Source: an uncultured bacterium (GTDB taxonomy: Bacteria; Omnitrophota; Omnitrophia; Omnitrophales; Abzuiibacteriaceae). From it: DNA of 64,000 bases. Numbering within the stretch: position 1 is the first letter of the stretch; each line of letters opens with the position of its first letter. The position numbers and the translations under genes were made by a program. Shown in pieces: positions 53,501 to 62,864 of this stretch. Below the pieces are notes generated by a model. It was given only the letters and a program-made list of their open reading frames with translations, was not told where the DNA came from and did no database searches. The DNA is taken from assembly GCA_964387845.1 (NCBI GenBank), contig CAYLXA010000012.1:1-64000 (forward strand). Reading direction: 5' to 3'.

Positions 53501-54594
53501 CAACGCTTCGAAAGTTTTCATCCGGGGATTATTTAACAGTCGGTTATCAAGGTAAAGAAAAAATGGGAACCGTTTATCATAGCCCGGGGATATTTCATTT
53601 ATATCCCGGCCGCGATGAAGCTTTCTACAACCAAGTGCGGACTTTTCTTCACATAGCAGACATTATGGTTTACCGGCATCAGGAGAGAGATAAATCTGCC
53701 TGGTCTAGCGTTATGCGTGCAGCCGAACAAATTGCAAATCATGCGTCGCTGGAAGAGATATTTCGTAGTTATATGGCCAACGTTCCCGACCATGAAGTTA
53801 CAAAAGGATTGATCTTGAACAAGGTCCAGCAGTTAGAAAAAACGGTGACAGATAGCCGTTCTGAGCTTCGATTTTCGTTTCAAGACGTAGTTGAAGAATT
53901 GCAAGCCATCATTGACGCATCGCAGCGTGCCGGATTTACTCCGGTTCCTGAATTTTTAAAGACCCAGCATCCTAATTTGTCAGCTGATTTGAGCCGGATT
54001 GGTGAACTTACTTCTGTTTTGCATGCAATCACTTTTCCAAATACACAGAAACCACAACCTGTAGTGGGCCAGGTTGTGAAAGTGATTGATGCCCAAGATT
54101 TTGATCCCGCTCAATATCAATCCGTAATGGATGATTTGATCGATCGTGGAGTCAAATTGGTTCTTGCAGTTCAAAATCACAATCCGCAAACTTTTAAAGC
54201 TATCAAAAACAAGCTGAATCAATTGCTGATTAAAGCCGCACAAGAAAAAGGTTTTGCACCGGATGATGTCATCAACCGGCTGGCTGTTGAATCGTTTAGC
54301 TCGGCGACTGCGCAAGAAATTCAAAAATTGATTGCAACACGGGATTTGATTAATGCATCCGCAGTAATTTCCGAAGATTCAAGCATCTTAGAAAACGTTC
54401 GGTCCGCGCTTCGATTTTTAGATGACACACGCCACGAGCCGGAGTTGTCTGCCGTTGCATTGAAGGAAGTTGTAAAAGCGGTTACGAATCCGAAAGCGGT
54501 TCAGAATCGTTTTGGCGTGATCAGTTTAAGCGATTGGTTAAGTACGAAACTGACGGTGATCTTAGGCGAGCGTCAGGCAGCGATATCTGCCTAA
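50506..54594 (+). CDS. Large uncharacterised secreted or membrane-anchored protein (1363 aa) with TraB/GumN/TIKI-like and methyltransferase-like motifs
   Basis: The N-terminus is a signal peptide or TM anchor. ILHIQDAHAN...IAVE and LISGGYHTGGF resemble the two His motifs of TraB/TIKI. WLDIGSGPKLDG resembles SAM MTase motif I. The ORF may start at 50419. Confidence 0.6.
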   Translation: MKQKLKPAERLLIALFVSIFTFSAVVSAAPQSSGFLHAYEAESFLGPVLASLPRDVSKVSETFVPAHCSVGQADCPVILHIQDAHANPEAQKHIQEIIEAVYRRFGNVRIAVENAEGPLDPEIFNRSPIDPVMREKIVQALANEGELTGAELFLLDLYREGKEKPAHVPVLGVEDQALYFKNLDRYLTLLQNRKTIDASFSKLNDLFVRTKSLHFNPALKQFDDERKAHSQNRRELLSYLKTLNARAQSILNTDLSDPIEQLRFPNLTRLARLGQLEESWKDEELSEERAQLEAELLKRGGSSDVIAELIQSIKALSQKPEKFGVDFKIAPRLLLEQMEFFARRHQVNLASYSRLIRFVSFQVLQSEINAVELFGEIHHLENSILGRLAESAEEKKLVEIGRSMALLQKMLHGEVTRADKERFSEQQNQIGPAAIVGELFELNPKISSTIRADMIQPIELLKRFLSASAEFYHGAEAREHAMIDKALQMLPKRNSFTLSEIQNSNRQVLVLISGGYHTGGFEQILEAKQIPYVVVSPRMFLPIDDQMYARVMLGRDDEISGLSSGTAQNIFRPLLTWNINSAHRNQTLVRLQESLQAHESRSELRADQPNVRFLSRTAEAEVMQFVQDIKKRFENKYYKFIEEPKILEGVAAFFGLNEENDLLLHEKAKQILSYLIKKTKREVKEMYRSQIVEALTKVTRHSTGAHRFMPLALAVVNMFRGQNIFSSDIISELVAIDNSFEYLRNTDHLYANPFNVESNWISDHLPKLAIPRIPSKRVYRWLDIGSGPKLDGAPTLHLLNETFKSALPDARFEFVGTDNFFPAYSFDDESVLFFTGRISSSPFNSDAFRKSGKMNLADVTYLDANFPQNNVMDERSMEGMFKDGPFDFISLSMALHFLREPDEEIKKLALSSNKGEDQFEFYDESGSRIRPTPTYLLTETQRRVIWRLMRNLSDNGILFLNLPWGPEYAKNHNLDLFLIIQRENAVAFKLYTQAIPFRPTLRKFSSGDYLTVGYQGKEKMGTVYHSPGIFHLYPGRDEAFYNQVRTFLHIADIMVYRHQERDKSAWSSVMRAAEQIANHASLEEIFRSYMANVPDHEVTKGLILNKVQQLEKTVTDSRSELRFSFQDVVEELQAIIDASQRAGFTPVPEFLKTQHPNLSADLSRIGELTSVLHAITFPNTQKPQPVVGQVVKVIDAQDFDPAQYQSVMDDLIDRGVKLVLAVQNHNPQTFKAIKNKLNQLLIKAAQEKGFAPDDVINRLAVESFSSATAQEIQKLIATRDLINASAVISEDSSILENVRSALRFLDDTRHEPELSAVALKEVVKAVTNPKAVQNRFGVISLSDWLSTKLTVILGERQAAISA

Positions 54595-54595
54595 T

Positions 54596-55477
54596 TCAAA
54601 GTGCGATTTTCTCTTTTTTCTCAATTACCTGAGCCAAATTCAGAAAATCCTTCAGCAGCAATTCTTCCGCACGCTTTGTGGATTTGATTCCGGATTCTTC
54701 AAGCGCTGATTCAATTACGGCTTTTGGATAAATCTCGCGAAATCCGTGGCTCACGGCGTTTAAAACATTCTTCCTGCGCTCGTTAAAGGCAAACCGCACA
54801 ACCTCAAAAAACAAAGTTTCATTCACATTCGGTTCTTTTCCGTGAAAGACGAACTTCGCAACACTGGATTTTACTTTCGGTTTTGGTGAGAAGCAGCTCG
54901 GCGATACATCAAACTCACGTGTCACGTCCGCGTAAAACCTCGCAAGGATTGTCAAGCGCCCGTAGTCTTTCGTACCGGGCTGCGCGAGCATCCGGTCAAT
55001 AATTTCTTTCTGCATCATCAAAACCGCATAATCGATTAATTTCCGGTGGTTGATCAGAAACAAAACAATCGGGGTTGTGATGTAGTAGGGAAGATTACCG
55101 ACGACTTTCAGAAGTTTTGCACTTGGTTTTTTCTTAGGCAAAATTTTGGAAAGATTAAAACTTAAGATATCGCCTTCAATTACAGTTAGATTCTTACTTG
55201 AGCTTCCAAATTCAGATCTTAAAATATTGGCAAAGCGCGGGTCTTTTTCGATCACGGTGATATTAGCGCCGGTTAAAAGCAGCTGATCGGTCAAAGCACC
55301 GAGCCCCGGGCCAATCTCAAGCACCAAATCTTCCGGTTTCGCATCAACGAGAGCGATGATTTTGCGCTGAATATTGGGATCAATGAGGAAGTGTTGTCCG
55401 CGAATACCGGCAACCGTAATCTCATATTTACGAAGGAGTTCCAACTGTTTTTGCATTTGGGGATTATACGGCTTCAA
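54596..55477 (-). CDS. rsmA: 16S rRNA (adenine1518/1519-N6)-dimethyltransferase
   Basis: VLEIGPGLGALT and the remaining KsgA core are present. Confidence 0.9.
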   Translation of the reverse strand: MKPYNPQMQKQLELLRKYEITVAGIRGQHFLIDPNIQRKIIALVDAKPEDLVLEIGPGLGALTDQLLLTGANITVIEKDPRFANILRSEFGSSSKNLTVIEGDILSFNLSKILPKKKPSAKLLKVVGNLPYYITTPIVLFLINHRKLIDYAVLMMQKEIIDRMLAQPGTKDYGRLTILARFYADVTREFDVSPSCFSPKPKVKSSVAKFVFHGKEPNVNETLFFEVVRFAFNERRKNVLNAVSHGFREIYPKAVIESALEESGIKSTKRAEELLLKDFLNLAQVIEKKEKIAL

Positions 55478-55537
55478 GCTCCCGGCTACAAGCTACAAGC
55501 TTTTTGCCTGAAGCCTGTGGCTTGAAGCTTGTAGCTG

Positions 55538-55566
55538 TTGACGGTGCTCTCTAGACATGCTACTAT
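55538..55566 (+). promoter_or_regulatory. Sigma70-type promoter for gatCAB (TTGACG -N17- TACTAT) within a CAAGCT-rich palindromic spacer
   Basis: A consensus -35 is visible. The -10 lies 28 nt upstream of the gatC ATG. Confidence 0.5.
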
Positions 55567-55594
55567 CTCATTTATTCAAAAGGACTTACGAAAA

Positions 55595-55882
55595 ATGTCA
55601 GAGAAATTTGATATCGATAAAATAGCAAAACTTGCCCGGGTAAGTCTCAAGCCCGAAGAGAAGGCCAAATTGGCCAGTGATTTGGAGAAAATCCTGGGCC
55701 ATATTGATGAACTCTCCAAACTTGATACCAAACATGTCGAACCCACCAGCCACGTTTTGCCATTAGAGAACGTATTTCGAGAGGATGTCGTAAAACCTTC
55801 CAAAGTCCGTGACGAAGTGCTGGATCATGCACCCAAACGCGAAGGTAATTTTTTCAAAGTCCCGAAAATCATCGGGGAATAA
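55595..55882 (+). CDS. gatC: Glu/Asp-tRNA amidotransferase subunit C
   Basis: The protein is 95 aa when started at the internal ATG. It is followed by gatA and gatB. Confidence 0.85.
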   Translation: MSEKFDIDKIAKLARVSLKPEEKAKLASDLEKILGHIDELSKLDTKHVEPTSHVLPLENVFREDVVKPSKVRDEVLDHAPKREGNFFKVPKIIGE

Positions 55883-55890
55883 CTTCTTCC

Positions 55891-57321
55891 ATGGATTATC
55901 ACAAACTCACCATCCGCGAAACTTCAGAGCTTCCCAAGAAAAATTCAGGCGAAGTGTCTTCAATTTTTAAATCATTGGCCTCCCGCGCTCAAGCGATTGA
56001 TCCAAAAGTAAAAGCTTATCTGAAAATTCAAAAAGACGCACCGGACGTTAGCAAACTTCCAAAGGGCCCGCTTTTTGGCGTTCCGGTTTCGATTAAAGAC
56101 AATATTTGCACGCATGGATGGGAAACAACCTGCGCATCAAAAATTCTCACAGGCTATATTCCGCCATATGACGCGACCGTCGTCCGGAAATTAAAAGAAG
56201 CCGGCGCTCTGATTTTTGGAAAGTGCAATATGGATGAATTCGCGTTTGGTTCTTCCACGGAATCTTCGGCATTCCAGAAAACCGCGAATCCTTATGATTT
56301 ATCGAGAGTGCCGGGCGGCTCAAGCGGCGGTTCGGCGGCGGCGGTTGCGGCGGACGAAGCGATTTGTGCGTTAGGGTCTGACACGGGCGGTTCCATTCGT
56401 CAGCCGGCGAGCTTGTGCAATGTTGTAGGCGTTAAACCAACTTACGGCCGCGTTTCGCGTTATGGCCTTATCGCATTTGGTTCAAGCTTGGATCAAATTG
56501 GTCCGCTCACGAAAACGGTTGAAGATGCCGCGATTTTGCTCAACGTCTTAGCAGGGCACGATCCGCTCGATTCCACTTCTGCCAATGTTCCGGTTCCGGA
56601 TTATACAAAGTCTCTCGCAAAAGATGTGAAGGGCCTCAAGATCGGCCTTCCGAAGGAATATTTCGCAAAAGGTCTCAGTCCCGAAGTGGAAAAGGCGATT
56701 CGCAATGCCGTGAAAACCTATCAAGATTTAGGCGCGAGCGTTCATGAGATCGCATTGCCGCACACGCCTAACGCGGTTGCGGTCTATTACGTGGTTGCCG
56801 TCGCGGAAGCAAGCTCCAATCTCGGCCGTTTTGATGGCGTCCGTTACGGCGCTCGCGCGGAGGCGTCCAATTTGCTTGAGATGTATCTCGAAACGCGCAA
56901 TCAAGGATTCGGCGCGGAAGCAAAACGCCGGATTTTACTCGGCACGTTTGTGCTCTCAGCGGGATATTACGAAGCGTATTATTTAAAAGGTTTGAAAGTA
57001 AGGACTTTGATTAAGAACGATTTCGAAGAGGCGTTTAAAAAAGTGGATGTGATTCTCGGGCCGACGGCCCCTGAACCGGCGTTTAAGATCGGGGAAAAAT
57101 CGAGCGATCCGCTCTCGATGTATCTCTCCGATATTTATACGATCCCCGCCAACTTAGCGGGCGTCCCGGCGATGTCGCTTCCGGCTGGTTTTTCCGAGAG
57201 TGGGCTTCCGATCGGAATGCAGCTCACGGCAAAGCCATTCGACGAAGAAACCCTCTTTCGCGCAGGCAGCGCGTTTCAAATGGTAACCGATTTTCATAAG
57301 CGAAAACCTCAGCTTTCTTAG
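55891..57321 (+). CDS. gatA: Glu/Asp-tRNA amidotransferase subunit A
   Basis: Amidase signature [13 protein letters not shown]. Confidence 0.95.
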   Translation: MDYHKLTIRETSELPKKNSGEVSSIFKSLASRAQAIDPKVKAYLKIQKDAPDVSKLPKGPLFGVPVSIKDNICTHGWETTCASKILTGYIPPYDATVVRKLKEAGALIFGKCNMDEFAFGSSTESSAFQKTANPYDLSRVPGGSSGGSAAAVAADEAICALGSDTGGSIRQPASLCNVVGVKPTYGRVSRYGLIAFGSSLDQIGPLTKTVEDAAILLNVLAGHDPLDSTSANVPVPDYTKSLAKDVKGLKIGLPKEYFAKGLSPEVEKAIRNAVKTYQDLGASVHEIALPHTPNAVAVYYVVAVAEASSNLGRFDGVRYGARAEASNLLEMYLETRNQGFGAEAKRRILLGTFVLSAGYYEAYYLKGLKVRTLIKNDFEEAFKKVDVILGPTAPEPAFKIGEKSSDPLSMYLSDIYTIPANLAGVPAMSLPAGFSESGLPIGMQLTAKPFDEETLFRAGSAFQMVTDFHKRKPQLS

Positions 57322-57384
57322 ATTTATTTAATGTATCGTTTGGTGTTTAGTGAAGTTAACTTTTAAAAAGTCCAAGTACACAAC

Positions 57385-58839
57385 ATGAGTGAATTTGAAC
57401 CCGTTATCGGCTTAGAAGTACACGTTCAGCTCAAAACCAAGAGCAAAATATTCTGCTCTTGTTCAGCCGCTTTCGGCTCGGAACCGAACGCCAATACCTG
57501 TCCCGTGTGTCTGGGGCTTCCGGGATCACTACCAGTTCTCAATAAAGAAGTGATGCAAGTAGCGATAAAAGTTGGACTTGCGTTAAATTGCAAAATTGCC
57601 AATAAGATCAAATTTGACCGGAAGAACTATTTTTATCCTGACCTGCCGAAGGCTTATCAGATTTCGCAATATGATATGCCGGTTTGCGCAAAAGGCCACC
57701 TCACGATTGAAGTGAAATCCAAAAAAGACGGCAAAGACGCAGCAATCGAGAAAAAAATCGGTATCACGCGCGCGCATTTGGAAGAAGACGCCGGAAAATT
57801 GATTCACGAAGGCGTTAAAGACGGCAGCTGGGTCGATTACAACCGCGGCGGCGTTCCGCTTCTTGAAATTGTCTCAGAGCCCGACATCCGCTCGCCGGAA
57901 GAAGCGTATGAATATTTGCATTTATTGAAATCAATCTTGCTTTATTTGGATGCGAGCGATTGCAATATGGAAGAAGGAAGTTTGCGTTGTGATGCAAATG
58001 TTTCTGTCCGGAAAGTCGGCGAGACCAAATTAGGAACCAAAGTCGAAATCAAAAACATGAACTCTTTCAAAGGCGTTCAGAAAGCGATTCAATATGAAAT
58101 CGAGCGCCAGTCGCGCGCGATTGAGTCGGGCGAGAAAATTGTGCAGGAAACACGGCTTTGGAATGAAGCCAAAGGTGAGACGGCCACAATGCGCTCCAAA
58201 GAAGAAGCGCATGACTATCGATATTTCCCGGAGCCGGATCTTGTGCCGTTTACTTTAACGGATGCCGAAATCGATACAGTGCGCAAAAAAATGCCGGAAC
58301 TTCCCGAAGCACGCACGAAACGTTTCCAGAAGGATTTCGGGCTTTCGGAATATGACGCTTACTCACTGGTGAGCGACAAGCCGCTTGCCGATTATTTTGA
58401 AAATTGCGTGAAAGAAAAGGTCAGCGCAAAACTTGTCAGCAATTGGCTTCAAACCGAACTGATCGGCGCGCTCAACGAACGAAAAATCCCATTTTCATCC
58501 AACCCTGTTTCATCAAAAGATTTAGCAGGGCTTATCAGATTAATTGAAAATAATACGATCAGCGGGAAAATTGCCAAAGATGTACTTCCGGCGATGATTG
58601 ATGAGAAACAATCCGCTGAAACAATCGTCAAAGAAAAAAATCTCGTGCAAGTGACCGATACGAAAGCCATTGAAGAGATCGCGAAGCGTGTGATTTCCGC
58701 CAATCCAAAAGTAGTGGAGCAATTTAAGGGCGGCAAAACACAATCGATCGGATTTTTGGTGGGGCAGCTTATGAAAGAAACCGGCGGGAAAGCCAATCCC
58801 AAAATCGCCAACGAAATTCTAACCAAATTGCTGAGCTAA
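57385..58839 (+). CDS. gatB: Glu/Asp-tRNA amidotransferase subunit B
   Basis: Conserved GatB sequence. Confidence 0.95.
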   Translation: MSEFEPVIGLEVHVQLKTKSKIFCSCSAAFGSEPNANTCPVCLGLPGSLPVLNKEVMQVAIKVGLALNCKIANKIKFDRKNYFYPDLPKAYQISQYDMPVCAKGHLTIEVKSKKDGKDAAIEKKIGITRAHLEEDAGKLIHEGVKDGSWVDYNRGGVPLLEIVSEPDIRSPEEAYEYLHLLKSILLYLDASDCNMEEGSLRCDANVSVRKVGETKLGTKVEIKNMNSFKGVQKAIQYEIERQSRAIESGEKIVQETRLWNEAKGETATMRSKEEAHDYRYFPEPDLVPFTLTDAEIDTVRKKMPELPEARTKRFQKDFGLSEYDAYSLVSDKPLADYFENCVKEKVSAKLVSNWLQTELIGALNERKIPFSSNPVSSKDLAGLIRLIENNTISGKIAKDVLPAMIDEKQSAETIVKEKNLVQVTDTKAIEEIAKRVISANPKVVEQFKGGKTQSIGFLVGQLMKETGGKANPKIANEILTKLLS

Positions 58840-58840
58840 T

Positions 58841-59785
58841 ATGCGCGCCCGCCGCCGGGGCAGGGGCCCCATCGACCGCGAAGTTGTCATTTTTGCAGCC
58901 TTTATTCTGTTTACCGGATTTTTTATCGGATTTTTGTTGGGTCGGCAATCCGTTTCACAAAAACCGGCGCCCGAAATCATAACAATTGAAAAGCATGTGC
59001 CATTACCGGTTCCGCAAGTTCCCAAAGAACAGCCGAAAGAAATTTATCCCGAAGTAAAACCCGAGGCACCGAAGCAGGAGCGCAGCGTTTTGTCTTACAT
59101 TAATCCGTTTACCAAAAAGAAACCCAAAGCGCCGCGGATTGCGATCGTGATTGATGATGTCGGAAACGGAAGTAAATTAGAACAGCTGGTTTGGGATTTG
59201 CCAGAGCGGGTTACGCTTGCGATTTTGCCGCGGCTGTCTCATTCGCAATATTTTGCAGACGAAGGCAGAAAGCGCGGTTTTGAGATTATTCTGCACCAGC
59301 CGATGGAACCGCTAAATTCCAAAGAAGCGGATGATGTCGGAATAATCCGGGCCAACATGAAAGAAAATGAAATCCGGAAAATTTTGGATGACAATCTGAA
59401 AACAACGCCCGGCGTCATCGGCGTTAACAATCACCGCGGTTCAAAGGTAACGCAAGACCGCCGTGTAATGAAAATCATTTTGGAAGACCTGAGATCTCGC
59501 GGACTTTTTTTTCTGGACAGCATGACAAGCGCTAATTCGGTCGGCTGGCGCGAAGCGGATAAAATTGATTTGCCGCACTTGAAGCGCGATGTGTTCTTGG
59601 ACAACGAACTCAATCCGGAATATATCCGCCATCAATTTGAAGACCTGCTTGCAATCGCCAAAAAACATGGTCACGCGGTCGGAATTGGGCATTACAAAAC
59701 AAATACGTTAACTGTTTTGAAGCATGAAATTGAACAAGCCCGTGAAGCCGGCTTTCAAATTGTGCCGCTAAAGGATCTGCTTTGA
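58841..59785 (+). CDS. Divergent polysaccharide deacetylase family protein (YibQ-like), membrane-anchored
   Basis: An N-terminal TM helix is present. IAIVIDDVG...GVNNHRGS... matches the YibQ family pattern. Confidence 0.55.
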   Translation: MRARRRGRGPIDREVVIFAAFILFTGFFIGFLLGRQSVSQKPAPEIITIEKHVPLPVPQVPKEQPKEIYPEVKPEAPKQERSVLSYINPFTKKKPKAPRIAIVIDDVGNGSKLEQLVWDLPERVTLAILPRLSHSQYFADEGRKRGFEIILHQPMEPLNSKEADDVGIIRANMKENEIRKILDDNLKTTPGVIGVNNHRGSKVTQDRRVMKIILEDLRSRGLFFLDSMTSANSVGWREADKIDLPHLKRDVFLDNELNPEYIRHQFEDLLAIAKKHGHAVGIGHYKTNTLTVLKHEIEQAREAGFQIVPLKDLL

Positions 59786-60807
59786 TGATTACTTTGGGAA
59801 TTGAAACATCCTGCGATGAAACGAGTTGTGCGATCTTAGAAAATGCGGACAAACTGCGCGCGAATATTATTTCATCGAGTCTTGCCAAACATAAACCCTA
59901 CGGCGGTGTCGTGCCCGAAATTGCGTCGCGGCATTCTTTGGAAGCAATCGATGTTGTTTATGAAACTGCGCTCAGGGAAGCGCGCGTAAAACCAAGCGAC
60001 ATTGATTTGGTTGCGGTCACCCAAGGCCCCGGCCTTATCGGCTCACTTTTGGTCGGCGTATCGTTCGCTAAAGCGTTGTCATTTGCGCTGGATGTTCCTT
60101 TAGTCGGTGTTCATCATCTGGAAGCGCATCTGGCTTCCAATTTTGTGCTCCAGAAAAAGCCGAAAGGCCCCTACATCGGTTTAATTGTTTCAGGCGGCCA
60201 CACGAGCATTGTTCATGTCAAAGGCCAGAAAATTGAAGAGTTGGGTTCGACTGTTGATGACGCAATCGGGGAAGCGTACGATAAGACGGCGAAAATTTTA
60301 GGACTCGGTTTTCCGGGCGGGCCCGTCATGGATAAACTTGCGCAGCAAGGAAATCCAAAAGTGCACTCATTTACGAAGCCAAAGATTGACGGCCGCTATA
60401 ATTTTTCATTCAGCGGTATTAAAACTGCCGTTTTACATTTGGTTTGCGGCCAGAAAATGGAAAAGTCGGCGAAATGGAAAGGCCAAAAGTTAAATGACCT
60501 CGCCGCCAGTTTCCAATCGACCGTTGTGCGTTGGTTGGTTGAGAAAACCATGCTGGCCTGCGAGGAGAAGAAAGTAAAAACCATTGTTGTGGGCGGCGGC
60601 GTGAGCGCTAATTCGAAATTACGCTTAGAACTTCAAAATGAATGCAAGCTTCGCGGATATAAACTTTTTATTCCGCCCCTGAGCCTGACGACGGACAATG
60701 CGCTCATGATCGCGCGCCTTGGCTATGAGAAATTCAAACAGGGAAGGCGATCCGGATTTGATTTGACGGCCGATCCAAATCTTAATATGGAGCTTGTGAG
60801 CGCATGA
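59782..60807 (+). CDS. tsaD: tRNA N6-adenosine threonylcarbamoyltransferase
   Basis: A Kae1/Gcp fold with HHLEAH. Confidence 0.93.
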   Translation: MMITLGIETSCDETSCAILENADKLRANIISSSLAKHKPYGGVVPEIASRHSLEAIDVVYETALREARVKPSDIDLVAVTQGPGLIGSLLVGVSFAKALSFALDVPLVGVHHLEAHLASNFVLQKKPKGPYIGLIVSGGHTSIVHVKGQKIEELGSTVDDAIGEAYDKTAKILGLGFPGGPVMDKLAQQGNPKVHSFTKPKIDGRYNFSFSGIKTAVLHLVCGQKMEKSAKWKGQKLNDLAASFQSTVVRWLVEKTMLACEEKKVKTIVVGGGVSANSKLRLELQNECKLRGYKLFIPPLSLTTDNALMIARLGYEKFKQGRRSGFDLTADPNLNMELVSA

Positions 60808-61565
60808 TGACGCAGGAGGCGATTCAGGAAATTTTAAGACAAACCGGATCGCAGAAATTATCTCCCGAAAAAGCTTTTTCCAAATTAAAAAACCTATCCT
60901 ATGAATCGCTCAAATTTGCCAAAGTTGACCATCATCGTCTTATCCGAAAAGGTTTACCGGAAGTAATATTTGCTCCCGGCAAAACTCTTTTGCAATTAAA
61001 GAAGATTATCACAGCTATTTTGAAATCCAAGCAGCCGCTTTTGGTCACGCGTCTCGATGAGAAAACTTTTTCCGGACTCAAGAAAGCGTTTCCGAAGCTT
61101 CAATATTCGAAACATGGGCGAGTCGCTTATTTTGCTCCCGGCAAAAACGGCAAGTACCATAAAGCATCTGTCGCAATTGTGACAGGCGGTACAAGCGATC
61201 TTCCGGTTGCAGAGGAAGCAGCCATTACGCTTGAAGTAATGGGTATTCCGGTCTCTCGAGTTTTTGATTGCGGTGTCGCGGGGCTTCATCGATTACTTGA
61301 TCGCGTTCAGGAAATCCAGAAAGCGAATCTTGTGATTTGCGTGGCAGGGATGGAAGGGGCTTTGCCGAGTGTTTTAGCAGGTCTTATCGATAAGCCCGTG
61401 ATCGCGGTTCCGACCAGCGTTGGTTATGGCGCCAATTTTGAAGGGCTTTCGGCGCTTCTTACGATGATGAATTCCTGTGCGCAAGGCATCAGCGTTGTCA
61501 ATATCGACAACGGTTTCGGCGCCGCCTGCTTCGCCCTCCAAATCCTCAAAAGTATTCAGAGCTGA
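60804..61565 (+). CDS. larB: LarB-like (PurE-family) nickel-pincer cofactor biosynthesis protein
   Basis: The C-terminal PurE-like block is VAIVTGGTSDLPV...VAGMEGALPSVLAG...PVIAVPTSVGYG. Confidence 0.6.
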   Translation: MMTQEAIQEILRQTGSQKLSPEKAFSKLKNLSYESLKFAKVDHHRLIRKGLPEVIFAPGKTLLQLKKIITAILKSKQPLLVTRLDEKTFSGLKKAFPKLQYSKHGRVAYFAPGKNGKYHKASVAIVTGGTSDLPVAEEAAITLEVMGIPVSRVFDCGVAGLHRLLDRVQEIQKANLVICVAGMEGALPSVLAGLIDKPVIAVPTSVGYGANFEGLSALLTMMNSCAQGISVVNIDNGFGAACFALQILKSIQS

Positions 61566-61905
61566 GATATTTCTCTTCCGCTTTCCTCCGCGCGATGATT
61601 TTTAGCCTAACCGGCTAGACAAAAATCATCGTGCTCAGCCTATTCTGAAAAATTGAGCCATTCAATTTTTCAGCATAATGGCGCTCCAGAGAAATATCTC
61701 AGCTCCTCATGACCTATACGCAAAGGAGCTCAGAGAATGTTGCGAAGGCGGCTCGCGCAGCTCGTTGAAGCTTGGTCCCCCGCCGCTTTATTTTGCAAGC
61801 GAAGTAGCGGGGGTTCAACGAGCGAGCGCGCAGGCAGGCGCAAGCCGCGGGAGCGTGCGAACTGCCGGCGCCGGAGTAACATTCTCTGAGCTCTTGGCCT
61901 CTGCT
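61566..61905. repeat. Highly structured intergenic element: nested inverted repeats plus a roughly 170-bp GC-rich palindrome
   Basis: The outer IR is GAGATATTTCTCT/AGAGAAATATCTC. The inner IRs are CGATGATTTTT/AAAAATCATCG and CTGAAAAATTGA/TCAATTTTTCAG. The long arms are GGAGCTCAGAGAATGTT/AACATTCTCTGAGCTC. Mirror-image ORFs were predicted on both strands. Confidence 0.6.
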
Positions 61906-61916
61906 AAAACACTCGA

Positions 61917-61945
61917 TTGACAGGGAGAGGAGGGCAAGATAGAAT
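61917..61945 (+). promoter_or_regulatory. Consensus sigma70 promoter for hisG (TTGACA -N17- TAGAAT)
   Basis: Both hexamers are perfect or near-perfect, 28 nt upstream of the ATG. Confidence 0.65.
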
Positions 61946-61972
61946 ACGCAACTCATTTAAGGAATTAAAGAT

Positions 61973-62842
61973 ATGAAACTTAAGCTTGCATTGCCAAAGG
62001 GAAGCCTGGAAGAAGCGACTTACGATTTGTTCCGTAAGGCGGGCTTTAATATTGTGCCTACCTCGCGCTCTCTTTATCCCAGTGTGGATGATGAGGAGTT
62101 GGAAGTGGTGCTTTACCGTCCGCAGGAGATGTCGCGCTATATTGAAGACGGCGTCATTGATTGCGGCATTACGGGCCTCGATTGGGTTGCTGAAAATGGA
62201 TCCGACGTCCTGGAAGTTGCCGAGCTTTCCTATTCCAAACAAACCACGCGCCCGGTCCGCTGGGTTCTCGCGGTTCACGAAGATTCTAAATTTAAATCCA
62301 TCCAAGATTTGAAAGGCAAGAAAATCGCGACCGAGCTTATTAATGTCACTAAAAACTACCTGAAGAAACACAAAGTGAACGCCGAAGTGGAATTTTCGTG
62401 GGGTGCCACGGAAGGCAAGCCGCCGGTTTTGGCGGATGCGATTGTCGAAGCTACCGAAACGGGAAGCAGTCTTAAAGCCAACCGCTTGAAAATTATTGAT
62501 ACCGTTCTGGAATCGACCACGCGCTTTGTCGTCAACAAAAAGAGCAATCAGGATCCCTGGAAACGCCGCAAGATCGACAACCTGGTTTTACTTTTAAAAG
62601 GTGCTATGGCCGCGCGGAGCAAAGTCGGTTTGAAAATGAATGTTGCCAAGAAAGATTTGGAGAAAGTGATTAAGATCTTGCCGGCTTTAAAAAAGCCGAC
62701 GATTTCAAATTTGTCCAGTGATGGTTGGTACGATGTTGAAACCATTATTGACGAAAAGATTGTCCGAGAGATTGTGCCGGAACTGAAAAAAGCCGGCGCC
62801 TCGGGAATTGTTGAGTATCCATTAAATAAAGTAATTTTCTAA
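61973..62842 (+). CDS. hisG: ATP phosphoribosyltransferase, long form
   Basis: The long form is 289 aa and includes a C-terminal regulatory domain. Confidence 0.9.
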   Translation: MKLKLALPKGSLEEATYDLFRKAGFNIVPTSRSLYPSVDDEELEVVLYRPQEMSRYIEDGVIDCGITGLDWVAENGSDVLEVAELSYSKQTTRPVRWVLAVHEDSKFKSIQDLKGKKIATELINVTKNYLKKHKVNAEVEFSWGATEGKPPVLADAIVEATETGSSLKANRLKIIDTVLESTTRFVVNKKSNQDPWKRRKIDNLVLLLKGAMAARSKVGLKMNVAKKDLEKVIKILPALKKPTISNLSSDGWYDVETIIDEKIVREIVPELKKAGASGIVEYPLNKVIF

Positions 62843-62864
62843 ATATAAACGGGAGAGGTCAAAA

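Noticed and set aside
61700-61905. T-box or attenuator leader for hisG
   Set aside because: The structured region lies upstream of the consensus -35/-10. No T-box consensus (AATTAGGGTGGNACCGCG) and no His-codon leader peptide were seen.
61678-61956. Mirror-image ORFs 61678..61920 (+) and 61714..61956 (-)
   Set aside because: They are generated by the 170-bp palindrome. Ala/Arg/Gly-rich translations on both strands are the signature of a GC-rich inverted repeat, not coding sequence.
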